NCBI RefSeq assembly: GCF_018977255.1
Contig: NW_024704742.1
Span: forward strand, 8,124,001 to 8,188,000
DNA length: 64,000 nucleotides
DNA from: Callorhinchus milii
Taxonomy: Eukaryota
Direction of reading: 5' to 3'
Shown: one piece after another, positions 12,298 to 25,830 of the stretch
How the letters are laid out: each line of letters starts with the position of its first letter
Position numbering within the stretch: position 1 is the first letter of the stretch
Made by a program: the position numbers and the translations under genes
The notes under the pieces: model-generated
Seen by the model: the letters and a program-made list of their open reading frames with translations, nothing else
What the model was told of the DNA's origin: nothing
Databases searched by the model: none

Positions 12298-12489
12298 AGG
12301 ACTAAAATGCATCCCCTCTTCTCCTCCCCCACTTAACATTCAATTCTACATTTCAACACAATGAAATGAACAAACACTGCAGCAGTATCAAGACAAAGAA
12401 TTTTAAAAAAACACACAGGTTTTTTAAAAACATGGAAAATGTGATAAAAGAATGGAACCGCGCCAGATAAAGGTAATATGGCTGCTCAC

Positions 12490-12572
12490 CTTTATGACTG
12501 AGTGAATATTTGCACCTTCCATCACAGGTATATTCTCTTTAGAACACTGAGCTTGTGCTGTGTATGTATGAT
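12490..12572 (-). CDS. CENPC: Probable CENP-C exon
   Basis: (D)HTYTAQAQCSKENIPVMEGANIHSVIK; phase 1-0, compatible with neighbours; AAG|gtgagc. Confidence 0.65.
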
Positions 12573-13387
12573 CTAGCCAGAAAAACAATTATTAATACCG
12601 TTGCATGTGAAAGACAATTGATTTAAGATCTTTCAGCGGCTTCCAATAATGCAGAATTTCAGAGAAATAGGCAGCATTATAAACAAGTAGTTACATCGTA
12701 CCGATTCAGCAAAAATTCTTATGTTGTGCAAAATATTTTATGACAACAATACAATGCCAAAAACAGTTTTAGGGAACTGAGCAGCTGAAGAACATACGCC
12801 ACTTTTGCTTAAAGCCCCTCAGTTGGTATCATTGGTAAAATGGTGATGCTACAAGCAGGTTAATTATTTTTTTAAAAGAGAAAACCTGAACTTCGAGCAT
12901 AATCACAATCCAACGGTGTCGTTGCCACTTGCCTGGCCTGCTGGATAATATAGCACCCTGGTTCTAATACATTTGTCACTTTAACATACCCCATTTCAAG
13001 TGACAGTTAATGCAATATAAACGAGGCGACCATTTACCTGTGAAGGCATTTACCATCTCGTGTCATTTATTTATTTATTTATTTATTCATTCATTCATTC
13101 ATTCTACCTGAGGGTTACTGCGCCACAACAGAATAATGAATAATATGCCTCACTGCCACTGAGTGCTGAAGCCGACTGAATTATCAGCACTCCCCAACAA
13201 AGAGCAATGTGATTTGCACTGAATTTCTCTCAAGCTTAAGGAAAGTTTTGTGCTTAAGATGCATTGCCCTGCAACGAAAAGAGGGCAGAATTCTCAAATT
13301 AGTGGCTTCAGCACATTTCAGAACCAGCTTAGCTTGAACCATTTCTCAAGTCGTCGCCGATGTAAATAAAACATTAAGAAGCCTCAC

Positions 13388-13470
13388 CTAGTCCTTTTAA
13401 GAAGTCTTTTAGGATGGTTGATTTATTCTCATTTTTCTGACAGATGACCGGCAAAGGGTTTTCTGTCAGT
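13388..13470 (-). CDS. CENPC: Probable CENP-C exon, N-terminal (Mis12-binding-like) region
   Basis: LTENPLPVICQKNENKSTILKDFLKGL resembles recalled human DINTEQGQNVLEILQDCFE; tttgcag|, |gtgagg; phase 2-1. Confidence 0.65.
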
Positions 13471-14894
13471 CTGCAAATTAAAATCAAAACTGTATTAGCC
13501 ACGTCAATATAATGATACAAGAGCAGCACTACAAATCTATTAAATCCAAACAATTACTCGAGGAGACAATCGTAACAAATTTACTATTACCAGAACAACA
13601 AAATTACATGTATAGAGCACCTTTCACGTCGGGGGGAAGTCCCAAGGCGCTGGACAGTCAGGGGTCCGGACCCGAGCATGGAGGGGAGGGGTGGGGTGGG
13701 GGTGAGGGAAGGCAGAGAGGTGTGAGGGAGACTGAAGGGAGGAGCACATGACGATGGTGAAGGGGTCTGCGAACTGACTTATTATAATTATAATTTATAA
13801 TTTCCACTGTATATTTTCTGGGAGAAACATACATTCAAGTGCTGTTGGAGTCACAGGAGATTGGGAAGAACCACTCCACTCGGGCAGACGGTAGGAACGT
13901 CTCACTATAAGAACGTGGTGTTCCGGTTTGCCTTACTGTTCAGTTATCTCCTCTCCACATGTGGCAGGAACTGTCTGCTATTCAGACTGGTAGGAAGCTG
14001 ATCCGTTTGGAACTATTGAATCAATTTTATTTTGTAAAGCTGTTGCTGTTTTGGAGGCTCACTGTGTGTGATTTCCCACATTTGCCTTTTAGAGTACATA
14101 AACAAGGGTAGAAGCGGTCTAGGGCGACGCAGGGTGGTTGAGCAGGCCGGGGGGTGGGGGGCTTGGAGTGATTTCTAACAAGAAGGTTGGCCATCGTTAC
14201 CCCCCCCCCCCCCCCCACTCAATCCCCTCCAGCCACAATGGCCGGTCCGGTTGCATCCTGTAACGGGACAATAACGTGTTGCAGTTCTTCGGGGGATTTG
14301 CTTCTTTTTTGAGATAATGCAAATATATAATTCTATCTACAAATATATGTGTATTTAAAATACAGCTTTCATGTAACTAATGAAAAAAAATAATCCTGGC
14401 ATTTGATAATAGCGCCTCATCACCTCTTTGAGACGTCTCAAACCGCCTCACAGAATATACTGTGAAGTGAATTGACCGTACGTATATTTTGTGGGCGAAA
14501 CGCAGCAGCGTCCCACAGACAGTCGTGGATCGAAGTGACCAACTTTTTTTTTAAAGGAATTGTTACCCCACATATTCTAACATTATTAGAATAACATAAT
14601 GTTATTACTAAATGCAGTTAGAAAGGGATTATCCTGCTATAAACCCACATGAATGTCAACACACCCAACGACAACAGAGGCTCAACCTCAGACTGCAGCA
14701 AAGCGCACCAAGGAAACGAGACACTTAGAAAACGATCAGCAACAATGTCATGCAACTGTCTGTCAAGCTGTGCTGTCACCAAGTTCTGGAGGACAACGGT
14801 TCTTCCCAATCTCCTGCAACTCCAACAGCACTTGAATGTATGTTTCTCCCACAAAATATGCACAAAATATACAGTCAATTCACTTTACAGTCAA

Positions 14895-15190
14895 TATTGA
14901 GGCCAGAGGGCAGATAGATGAGGTGCTGTTCCTCGAGCTGCGCTGTGGCTCACTGGAACAGCGTAGGAGACCGTGTGAATGGAGAGGTCAGAGTGGGAGG
15001 GAGAGAGGAAGTGGCAAGAGACCGGACCCTCAGGGTTGTGCTTGCGGACAGAATGGAGGTGTTTGGCAAATCTGCGTTTGGTTCCCCCCCCAATGTAGAG
15101 GAGACCACATTGTGAGCAGCGAATGCAGTAACTACATTGGCGGTTCTTGTTTCCGGTTTCCACATCTGCAGCATTTAGCTTTTTGCGTAA
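14895..15190 (-). mobile_element. Penelope-like element, GIY-YIG endonuclease fragment
   Basis: YCIRCSQCGLLYIGG.TKRRFAKHLHSV...PVSCHFLSPSHS; related terminal repeats at 27665-27780 and 62185-62360. Confidence 0.85.
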
Positions 15191-15459
15191 AATGAAGCTA
15201 TATAGCAAGAGCTACGATAGAAACAAACAACCGGCATAACATAGACATAACAGGAAATGCATTTATTTAGCGCCCCTCACGCTGGGTAGCGTCCCAGAGC
15301 GCTTAAGCATAACAAGAATGTAATCTGCACAACTGCTCTTTTTTAGAGGGAGGGCATCAATTGTATTAGCATTGTGATTAAAGGCAATGAAAAACAATTA
15401 GTGAATGCACTTGAAAAGAACAGGTGGTAGATATTTTGATCCTATTTTCCTGCAATTTA

Positions 15460-15811
15460 TGTAGCTCAGTGGTTGGAGCACTCGCCTCGCAAGCGAGAGA
15501 CCTGGGTTTGATTCCCGCAGGTCAGGGCGAAACCTTGGGCAAGTCTCCTTACTCCACACACCTGATAATAACTCGGTTGTTAAGTCGATTGGTGGATCGC
15601 TTTTCCGGGGGTAATAATCCCTCCCAAAAAAATAATAATTTGGTCACTCATTGCACTTTTTGTGGGACACTGCTGTGAGCAATTGGTTGCTGCGATTCTC
15701 CCACAAAATGTCCTGTCAATTCACTTCACAATATATTCCACAAAGAGCTTTAAATAACTCAACGATGTAATAAAGCACCATATCAAATGCAAGGATGATT
15801 ATTATTATTAT
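15460..15811 (+). mobile_element. tRNA-derived SINE
   Basis: gtagctcagtggttggagcactcgcctcgcaagcgaga head through (att)n tail. Confidence 0.9.
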
Positions 15812-16075
15812 TTCCTGTCTGCCTGTTCAGGGGATATTAGAGGTCACATGGCACAATTCAAAAAGAGAAGGGCATTTCTTCCAGCGTCCTGGCTAACAAT
15901 CCTCCATATAAAATCAATCATTCACTTCATGGCTGGTGGTGGAACATTGTTATGAACAAATGAACTGCTATGTTCACCCACAAATCCACAAATAGTCACT
16001 AAACTTCACAATGCATCCTGTGCAGCGCTTTGAGACGTCTCAACAATGTGACAAGGTGCTATATCAATGCAGGAA
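15812..16075 (+). mobile_element. Ancient Deu-domain SINE relic (SacSINE1/AmnSINE-like); others near 8030-8390, 25995-26170 and 59560-59955
   Basis: cctgtctgcctgttcagg...catggcac...gtcctggctaacaat core, recognised from memory. Confidence 0.7.
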
Positions 16076-16694
16076 TGGTTTACTATAAAAGTTCTTTCTA
16101 GATGCGAAAGATCACTGCAATGTACATTAAAATTCTCTGGTTGGATCATAGTTGGTATTCATTTATTGTTTGTTGTGCATCGCTTGAAATGAATGATTTT
16201 TACTGAAGAGCAATTCTTCAAATTTGTGAAGAAGAGTGAAGAGTGTGCAAACAACAACTTGTATTTATAAAGCACCCCCTCACACAGGTTCGGGTCCCAG
16301 AGCACTTGGTATATAAAGTAATTTACCAAAGAGTTTGTGTAAAATACTTGAATACATTGTGCAACAGGGACTAACACAAAGCTATTACTCAAAATGAGAA
16401 TACTATATTTAAAGTAAATCATCACCAGAACTAATCATATCCATCAAAAAAATCGCCCTGCGAGTATGAACAAAAAACAGTCGCGCAAGTATCCAGTGAA
16501 TTTTGTAAAATAAAATTTACTGTCATACTGAATCTTATTCATATATAGAATATGACAGACAGGCTGCGAAGGAAACCATTCCATGCACGAGAGTGAATCA
16601 AGTTTTGCTTTTATTAGCGATAAATGCAGTTCACAGATAAGACACTTATTTCAAGAAAGAGCATTACATGATTGATTTGAAGTCTCTTAACGGG

Positions 16695-16700
16695 TTTATT
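16695..16700 (-). terminator. Candidate distal GAK polyA signal AATAAA (another at 16610-16615; proximal ATTAAA at 19641-19646)
   Basis: Hexamer at the end of an AT-rich stretch downstream of the stop codon. Confidence 0.4.
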
Positions 16701-17959
16701 ACATCAATCCCAGTTTACATTGTCTGAGGTTTGAATAGCTTGCTCTATATACATATAAGTTGTTATACAATCCAGATATTACAATATTTCCATATTAAAA
16801 AAAGAAACTTTTTATAACATTTTCTGATAGTTGGCCAAAATAAGACCATTTTCTCCAAGTCCCTTCAATATATCCCAGAAGAATCACACAGATTAAGATG
16901 CCTATATTAGATTTAAAATAATTGTGCATACCAAATCATTATTTTCCATAAGTTAAAGTAAACAGAAGTGCAAACATACCTTATTTTTCACTTGGAACTT
17001 CTGCTATTGCCATGAATGACTACAATGCCCCATTTATCACTTGCCATAGGTATGGCTCTCATTTAGGAGTGTCCCATGTACTGATACAAAAGTTCCTACT
17101 ATACAATGCTCGCTATTTAAACTACAAGTCCTGGGGAAAAAAATACAGAATGCATCCTTCATTGAACAATTACCCGCCAACATATACAAATACACAAAAA
17201 TTGAGATCCTCTGTCTTCGCGTACTCTCCCAGCAAGCATTTTAGTGCTAGCCTGTCAAATAAATACCAAGGATGTGGTCAGAGTACTTGCTTCAAATTCA
17301 ACAGTGAATGCATAAACCACACAAATACAGCTCGGTTGGGAAACCAAGTCAGTAGCCACATAGTCATCATCTTTGTTCTTCGTAATTTTCAAGCAGTTAC
17401 ATGGAAATGATCTGCTTGTAACAATTTAAGACAAAAATATTCTCACTCGGAATGCATCGTTTCTTCTAATGGACTGAACAGCACAGTATAAATTATCAGT
17501 GTTTACAGCATCCAAAGCTCTGCTTTGATATGTCTTTCAACTCTGTCTATAGCTCATTTCCTCTAGATAAATCTAGGATGAGAGCTTGAAAGTCAGAGCC
17601 TCTGTGGGACAGTGTTGCCAGACTGCTGAACAAACACCGCGTGGAACTATACTCAAAAAGACAAGTCACCCAGACGACCTAACCTATGAACGGTGCAGTA
17701 ACGATAACATCTGTGCAGAAATATGACCTATTGGATTCCACTCTCTTGACTGATGGATGACACCAGAGGCAGAAAAGCACAGTTAACAGAAGAAAAGGAT
17801 GTTTTAAAAAATGCTGATGGCTAGCAGGAAGCAATATACAACCACATACCAGACATTTGGATTACAAAATATTTAGTCGTGTTTGTCATGTCATTTGTGG
17901 ATTCCTGTAACGTAGTGGTGAGACCACTCGCCTCGCAAGTGAGAGGAAACTGGGTTTGA

Positions 17960-18117
17960 TAGAGGGAGAGAGCGAGACTGAGAGGGAGAGAGACAGAGAT
18001 GTATATAGAGAAACTGGGAGAGAGAGAGAGAGAGAGAGAGAGATATAGAGAAAGAGTGAGACAGGGACTGTTATACAGAGAGATGGAGAGAGAGAGATTT
18101 GGTGAAAGAGAGAGAAA
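17960..18117 (+). repeat. (GA)n-rich microsatellite following a SINE head fragment
   Basis: Direct reading. Confidence 0.9.
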
Positions 18118-19909
18118 TCATTTTTCATTAGCTAGAAGTCAGGAAAATAATTCTTGTCCTTCGAATAATATTACGGCAATAGAATTCCATCTTCTTGGAA
18201 ATGTAAACTATGATGATTCAGATTCACAAACTTGACTTCCATTTAATTGTAAATCAGCAGCATCTCTGGGGAAGGCTGCGATCTGACACTGCTGATTTTT
18301 ATTGCATTATAATAATAAGTCTTTGCATTTGATACAGCACCTTACCACGTCTTCAAGACGTCTCAAAGCGCTTCGCAGGATACACTGTCAAGTGAATTGA
18401 CTGTATATTTTGTGGGCGAAACGCGGCAGCCAAGTGCCGCAGCAGTGTCCCCCAAACAGTCATGGATTGAGTGACCAAATTATTATTATTTATTTATTTA
18501 TTGAAGGGATTATCACGCCCGGAAAAGCGATCCACCAATCAACTAACAACCAGAATTACTTTTCACAGTACACAAGTCAACACACACATTAAATCCACTG
18601 AACTGTACACCTGTACAGTATAAAATACTGCAGATTGATTTGGGATTATAACCTAAACCTGTTTTTACACTGAAAGGCAGTGTGACAGCAGAATTAATCC
18701 AATTCAAAGTATTCTCCCATTTTATGCATTCATTTTTCAAAATAAATTCTTCCTTCAAAACAGAAATCAGTTCAGTTAACTCCTGACTAAATGATAGAAA
18801 CAAAAGGGTCCACGGACCAAAAGGAAGTGGGTCTCAATCAGGTACTTGATCTCTCTAACTTCATCTGTGTGAAAATAGTACACGTGTACAATTAACTGAA
18901 GTGCTTGATTGTGACCCACAATCGTACTTGAAAAAAGACAACTGAGAATTAACTAAGTTAATACAAAGTATTTTTTGTTGAAAGTTTAGAGCGAGGTTTC
19001 ACTTGGTCACCGATACAGATAATATGCTAAAAACATAGCACTGCACTGGCATTCTGCAACCACCTGAATAGGGTCTACTTTTGCTCTCTGGTCACTGAAA
19101 TCTGCAGCAAAAAGAAAGTCACAAATGTCTCAACATCTCGATTCACAATGAATATACACACACTCAGGAACAGCAAAATTTACATTATTAAAGAAACCAA
19201 CATGAAGATTTAAGAAATAAGTTTTTTTTGACAGAAATTTCTACAGTCAGAAAGATATAAATTATAGTCTGAGAAGGCTAACAAGATGAACATTTTTGCA
19301 CTACGGTAATCTTTTTAGTAGGCCATGGGAAAATTAAATAAAATGGACAAAAGGCAGCATGATAAAGGTACAGGCAAAATACACCAGAGAACATAGGCTA
19401 CACAAGATAGGTCGGCATACCGACAGGAATGCATCATCTTAAACTTGAAAAAGACGACCGTGTCACTTTCTTTACCCAAATTTAAGTCTACAGCTCCTGG
19501 CACATTGTTCAGATGGTCTTCATATCCTTTCATTCTTTCTCTGAAGACTTCTCACAAGCATGTACTATGTTTTTGACAGTCACAATGCAGAATGAGCTAC
19601 CAAACCTTAAGTCTTCAAAAGCAAAACATTTTGTACTCATTTTAATGGTAAAAATGTGGCCCCGAACACAGGCATCAAAGCACAGGCATCAATCACCCTG
19701 CAGCACAAAACGATTGTCTTAACAATGCAGAAAGAGGCATCAGTCAAGGGGAGGGGGGAAAACTCCTATCATTTTAAAACTACAGATATGCTGTGTCGTG
19801 TTTTTAAGACAGCTGAATGTTTTGCAGTTGTTATTCAGGAAGATGAAAAACAGATTCGCAATGGAACACTTGAACGAGCACCAATCATCGTATCTGTCGG
19901 CCAAGGATT

Positions 19910-20011
19910 TCAGAAGAGGGCCTTCGACCCCTGGTTTTCAAATTCTGACCAAGCATCATTCAACTCCATGAAGATCATTTTGGCATGTTGTTCATAGGAC
20001 TGTCCCGTTGC
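19910..20011 (-). CDS. GAK: GAK last coding exon
   Basis: [36 protein letters not shown] at 19912-19910. Confidence 0.97.
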   Translation of the reverse strand, partial: ATGQSYEQHAKMIFMELNDAWSEFENQGSKALF

Positions 20012-20608
20012 CTTAATGTGAAGGAGAGAAAAAAACGAGTTTTAATACCCGCTTCTAAGAGAGTGTTTAATTATTTCTGCATTAAAATTTCAAATATAAA
20101 AATGACGTGCCCTTTAAACTTGCTGCGGGGATCTGGCTGCCACTATTGTCCACAAAATACACACTTTACAATCTATTTTGTGAAGCGCTTTGAGATGTCT
20201 CAACGACGTGATATGGTGCTATATCAAATGCAAGGATTATTATTATGATAAAAAAACTTGTTTGAGGATTTCTAAACCAACTCCAAATCTCAGTTTTTCA
20301 GGTTTGTTTTGAGTGTAACAATGAGTAGGATTTAATTATGCTTTTACATTTTAGTTTAAAATTCTTTTGAAATAAGGCATTGGTTTTTGGAAGTTTGCAA
20401 ATAACCGATTTTCCCTATTTCTACACTTACGGCAGAAATGTTTATAACAATATTTGTATAACAAATATGTGCGTTTCGCCCATAAAATATAGTCAATTGA
20501 CTTTACAGTATATCTGTGAAGCGCTTTGAGACGTCTTGAAGACATTAATAGGCACTGTATCAAATGCAAGGATTATTATTATTATCAAAGGATTGTTTTT
20601 AACTTTAC

Positions 20609-20785
20609 CTTGTCTGGATGAACCACCAGTACTGCTTTCCTATAGGACTTCTTCACTTGATCTGGCTGAACTATGTCTGCCATGCCAACAGGTTTCCATT
20701 TGGTTTCACCTTCCCACAGAACTGTGTGCAGAGTTGACAGCAAAGCCCTTATATTTCTCTCTTTCCCTTCAATCCAATCCAAGAT
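20609..20785 (-). CDS. GAK: GAK exon (ex27), J domain with HPD
   Basis: [59 protein letters not shown]; 177 nt. Confidence 0.98.
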
Positions 20786-21659
20786 CTGTTCAGGAAAAAT
20801 AACACTTGGTAGTTATAACTTCAATAACCTGTGACCAAAGACATCAGCATCTTGCAAAATATTTATTTTCAATGTTATCATATCTTATAGAACCTAACCC
20901 AAGACAAACGTTTGTGAGTTGAGCAATGAAGCTACAGCTGTCCCATTAATTGGATTCGTGCAAGTGAACCTCAAAATAAGGGAAAACGTTGAAATAAAAA
21001 CATAAATGCTTAAGATACACAGTAGGTCAACAGGCACCTATAAGGGAAGGACGAGCTCAGTTAAGGTGCTAATGAATACTACAGACTGCTCGAGTGCTGA
21101 TATAGAAAAAATAGACGGCCAGAATTCGGTGGACAAGGTAGAACGAGGTCGAAAAGTGAAAATGAGTCTGGTGGGGCAGAGTAAGCTGACACAACACATT
21201 TGTCCAAACTGTTCCCTTTGTCAGTCTTGAGGAGGAGCTACTGGCAGATAGTGCAAGCTTAGGGAATAGTGAGATTGGAACAGACAAGGCAAGATTCAAG
21301 GGGAAAATAGAAACAAGGGTGAAACAGTTTGTCTTTAGTTACGTACCCAAAAGCAGACACTACCCAACTTAGTCGAAAGGTTTGGTGGCAATTTTGGTGT
21401 TGGACTGGAGTGTTCAGAGAGAAATAGAGCAAAGAGTAAAGTGCAGAAATTAAGATGTTGTGGCAGAAGTTTGTCAATAAAAAGATCAGGCAAGGAAAAT
21501 GAGGGATCTAGCAGCCAAACAGACTGGAGCCTTGGATCAGAATCGTAACAGAGAGCTGTCTGCCCAAGAAGAAAGTCAAAGGTACAGATTAAAGTTTATC
21601 TAAAACAGAAACCTAGGTCAACATTTCGGGTTTATTTCAATTATAGGGATTACACGTAG

Positions 21660-22095
21660 AATCATAGAATAATAGAGCACAGAAGGAGACCATTTGGGCC
21701 ATCGTGTCTGTGGCGGCTCTTTGAAAACAGTTATCCAAATCAATCCCACTTCCCCGCTCTCTCCCCATAGACCTGCAAACTTGTCCTCCCCAAATAATTA
21801 TCTACTTCTCTCTTAAAAGTTGTTATCAAATCGGCTTCCACCGCCCTTTCAGCCAATGCATTCCAGATCCAAACAACTTGCTGTGTGAAAACATTTCTCC
21901 TCACCTCCCCTCTGTTTCTTTTAACAACTATTTTAAATCGATGCCCTCGGGTTACGGACCCACCCGCCAGTGGGAATAGTTTCTCCTTGTTCACCCTATC
22001 GAATCCCCTTATAATTTTGAAAACTTCTATTAAGTCTCCTCTTAAGTTTAACCTTCTCCACTCCAAGGAGAATAATCCAAGTTCTCTAACCTCTC
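21660..22095 (-). mobile_element. CR1-clade LINE 3' end (others near 25190-25390, 30290-30460, 43090-43270, 61735-61990)
   Basis: LGLFSLEWRRL..RGDLIEVFKII...TRGHRFK...WNAL; ATTCTATG-type tail. Confidence 0.9.
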
Positions 22096-22181
22096 TGGGG
22101 AAACTCAAATTAGATGCTTTCTGCAAGAGCTGCAAAGTACAAAATAAAATAATTAGATATAAATGCATCAATTAGGCAAAC

Positions 22182-22330
22182 CTTTAGTTTCAAGGGATCC
22201 ATCTCCTTAGTCAGTTCTTCTCTACGCATTTCTGCAATAGTCTTCGGTCCTTTCTTGTCCATTGTACTGGAAAACCCCTGGTCAGACAACAGGTCCTGAA
22301 AGTCATTCATTGAAACCTTTGGCTTTGGCC
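22182..22330 (-). CDS. GAK: GAK exon (ex26)
   Basis: GPKPKVSMNDFQDLLSDQGFSSTMDKKGPKTIAEMRREELTKEMDPLKLK; phase 1-0. Confidence 0.96.
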
Positions 22331-22468
22331 CTGGAAGAAGCAAAAACTGAATGTAATGACTGGCAGGAACCCAGAGTGCAAACGTCCTTTACACCACGTG
22401 ATTGCACAGCATTAAATCATTTACTTTAAAAAAAAACACACAATATATAAAAAAAAAGGAAAGATTAC

Positions 22469-22696
22469 CAAATCCAGGTCCACGGATTCCTCTCTCCTCG
22501 CGACTTCCTATCACACTGAAAGCAACATTGTAATTTGGTTTGCCCTGGGCCATGGGTTTGGGCTGCTGTGGTTTTGATTGCTGCCTTGCAGTGTTACTGG
22601 CCAGAGGTCTGCCTGCTTGCCATGACCCGCTGCTCAAAGGTGCTTGGGCAGGTTTCTGAGTGAATCCGCCAGCTGGGAATCCCCCACTCATAGAGC
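22469..22696 (-). CDS. GAK: GAK exon (ex25)
   Basis: GSMSGGFPAGGFTQKP...KPNYNVAFSVIGSREERGIRGPGF; phase 1-1. Confidence 0.94.
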
Positions 22697-24562
22697 CTGG
22701 AACGAGAAGCACAGTCAGGAGTGATGTTATTAGCTATAATAAAAACACACGTCGCTGGGAACACGAAGCAGGTCAGGTAATGTGAGCTAACTGTGTTTAA
22801 TCATTTGTGTTTGAATGTTCTTGTTATTCGCAAAAAGGTAAAGCTAGTCGGGGAAAGCAGCTGGAGAAGGTACTGAGGTGAGCAGTGTTAAGGGCTAAAT
22901 TAACACTTTACTGAATTGCCGATTGTGAAGGTCACTTCAGCTCCCACTTTACCTTCAAGACAATGTTTTTTCCCAGTGAGGCCAGAAGAATGTTGAATTA
23001 TCTCAAAAGCATAGTCATGTACAGTGGCCTTTTTATTGCAAACAAACAAATGTTGAAAACCAAAGAATCTAGAGGATTATTGACAATACATTTTTAAATA
23101 ATATCATGGTCCAGACAACAAAACCATGTCTTAAGCATCCAAAGGATGATATTTCTGACAATGCAGCACCTCCCCAGTCATGCACTGGAGTCCAAAATAT
23201 GAGTTCAAGTCCCGACATAGGGCTCAAACCCACAAATTTCTGTTTCAGAGGCACGATTGCCACTGTAAGAAAAAAAACCATTCAAATCGGTGGTTATTAA
23301 AAAGTTCGATTCAATCACAATGCTTGCGTTTGATACAGCGCCTAATCACGTCTTTGAGATGTCTCAAAGCATTTCACAGAACATACTGTAAAATGAATTG
23401 ACTGTACATTTTGTGGGCGAAATTTAAGCTGTATAGGCAGGTTAATTTTGGTCAAGATAACAAATTACAAAGGCTTCTAAGAGGTGAACCAAAAAGCCTC
23501 TGTCTTGTCATCTTAATGCTAAACAGATAGGAGATAAAAATATAGCAGGTTAAATTGCTGAGCATCCAGCATTATTGAACACTTTGAATACTTTCCAGAA
23601 TCAGGTAATCAGGATGTGTCCCTCCAGGGAGAGAGTGCGTATTCCATTACAACAATCCACCTCTGGGATTTCCATGTGTAGATGGGATGCATGGAAATCT
23701 CAGCTTGGTTTGGATACTCTTAAGTACGGTGATGGGTTTCCGCATGTGTCAGACACCCGGCTGACCAAAAAAAATGTAAAGCACTAATTCAGGAACTAAA
23801 GTTCTTAGCTTCTTTGTTTTAACTTTCAGCCCTTAGACTTAATATGCTGTTATGTGTTTAACAACTTGAATTGCAAATCGGGAATAAAATAACTTAAAAG
23901 ATTCTATTTTGTGTTGTTAAAATTTCATCTTGATCCCTGGTTAGATCGGTGACCTGATTTGTCAGTTTTCTGAAAAATCTTGAGTCCAAATAAGAAAGCT
24001 AGTGTCTGTCTCTCAAGAGAAATATTTTCTTAAAGGGGCAGGATTTGTAATTGTCAACAGAAGAGCGGTTTGCAAATCACCTAATTGATGAATAAACACT
24101 GAATTTGAACTTGTCTGAATTTGATGCAAGATGGTTCAGTCACTTTCAGAAGATATTCAAAGGCTCTCCCTAAACCATTCTGAGAATGTATCATCTTTTA
24201 GCATCGAAAAGGTGGTGGTTGTATGAGAAATACATCTGCTACATTAAGTTCTTACAACCTGAACTTCATTCAGTACATCAGTACATTTTCTTATATTATT
24301 GGTTTGCTTATCTGGAATAGAACATTAATCTTCTTACATTACTCGTAGTGAGCCGAACAGTAAAACGTTTAATAATGAAAAAAACGCAGCAAATTGATTC
24401 AAGATCTTCAAGTTTTAAGCACTGACTACAAAGATGTGGCATTACAAATTTAAAAATCAGAATTAGGCAGGTTGCGTAAAAAGTTCTGACAAGCAAATTC
24501 AAGGCATTAACTAGACTATGAGGCGCAACGCTCAACCTCTGTCAACAAATCCCGAACATTAC

Positions 24563-24685
24563 CTGGTAAATTGGAACCAAGGTTACCAAGATCAGCAAAT
24601 GGGTCAAAGCTCTGAGGCTTGGGTGTAGCTGATGAAGTACTGGTGGCAGCACTGGTTGCTGGTCCACTTGAAGGAAATGTAGAAC
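24563..24685 (-). CDS. GAK: GAK exon (ex24)
   Basis: STFPSSGPATSAATSTSSATPKPQSFDPFADLGNLGSNLP; phase 1-1. Confidence 0.92.
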
Positions 24686-25689
24686 CTACATTAGGAACAA
24701 CCACAAATGGTTTGAGGACCAGCAGCTAGGTTACAAAATAAGCCGAAAGGTGCAACTAGATTACATTGTCCCACAAATCCCAAACCAGAACAAATCTCCT
24801 TCCAGAAACATTTTAAAAACAAACCTAAAAGGCATTCTATAGCTAATAGAATGGTATTTTAAATCAGTCACAGGTACAAAATCCTCTAATGAATAATTGT
24901 ATTATAATATAGAGCTACCACTGTTAATTATGCATAGATACATACAGAAGTAACGTGAATAGGCCTGCAAATAACAGGCATGATGTATCGGTATATTTTG
25001 TGCACATTCATAAGTGTACTGTTTTTACCAATGATTCATCACACATGGGTGAAAGTCACATTAGTTTTCTGGTCTTTCTACTTTGCACCTAGAAAAAATA
25101 GGCGCACATCTAATACTACAAGGAGGAATGCACGGCAAAAAGAATTGCATGCATTTTTATGGTAACAGGTTGAATTTTTTCAAAGAACATAAGAATTTGC
25201 TAGATGGAAGAAGACCACGGTCCACCCAGTTCTCCTTTCACCATCCTGGTAGTTGCTTTGACATTTTGTGTCCCAAACTATATATTGTATCCCGAAAAAT
25301 GAATTTTTAACAGAAATCTATCTAATTTGTTCTTGAAAGAATAGACTTTCTGCTTCCACCATTTCCCTAGGGAGCCTGTTCCATACATCAAGTACTTCAC
25401 ATCGATGCAAAGCTAGGTTCTAAGTTCTGAACAGCTCAGTCTGTGACAAAATTTAATTGATTCAAACTAAATTTGCATCCTTACTGAGATGAACAATCCA
25501 GCAATCTGGTTGGAAATGTCATAATCCTTCTACCCAAGCCATCTACTGTTGCCACTAATAATCAATCCCACGTCTTGGATTGTTTTTGTTTTAAACTATA
25601 GCAAAATTCACCCAAAGGACAAGAAATCTTTCTATTTCTATCTTTCAAATCTAATTGAAAATCTTTCTTCAAAGTATGAAATGTGTTAC

Positions 25690-25830
25690 TTTGGGCTGTA
25701 GCTCCAAACGAAGGCTTGTTGCTCTGTGGCGGCATTGTGTTGTTGTTGGAAGCCCATGTGTCCCAGGAACTCATCAGGTCAGGCTGACTGGCAGAAGACG
25801 ACACCTTGGATGACTCAGGTGGCACGTTAC
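25690..25830 (-). CDS. GAK: GAK exon (ex23)
   Basis: GNVPPESSKVSSSASQPDLMSSWDTWASNNNTMPPQSNKPSFGATAQ; WxxW motif; phase 1-1. Confidence 0.88.

Noticed and set aside
14063..14085. 23-nt candidate CENP-C exon 2 (aag|GCAAAT...CACA|gtgagc)
   Set aside because: Phase fits, but the acceptor is poor and there is no motif similarity; unsupported.
17012..17410. 132-aa plus-strand ORF
   Set aside because: Antisense to the presumed GAK 3'UTR, with no recognisable homology or splice support.
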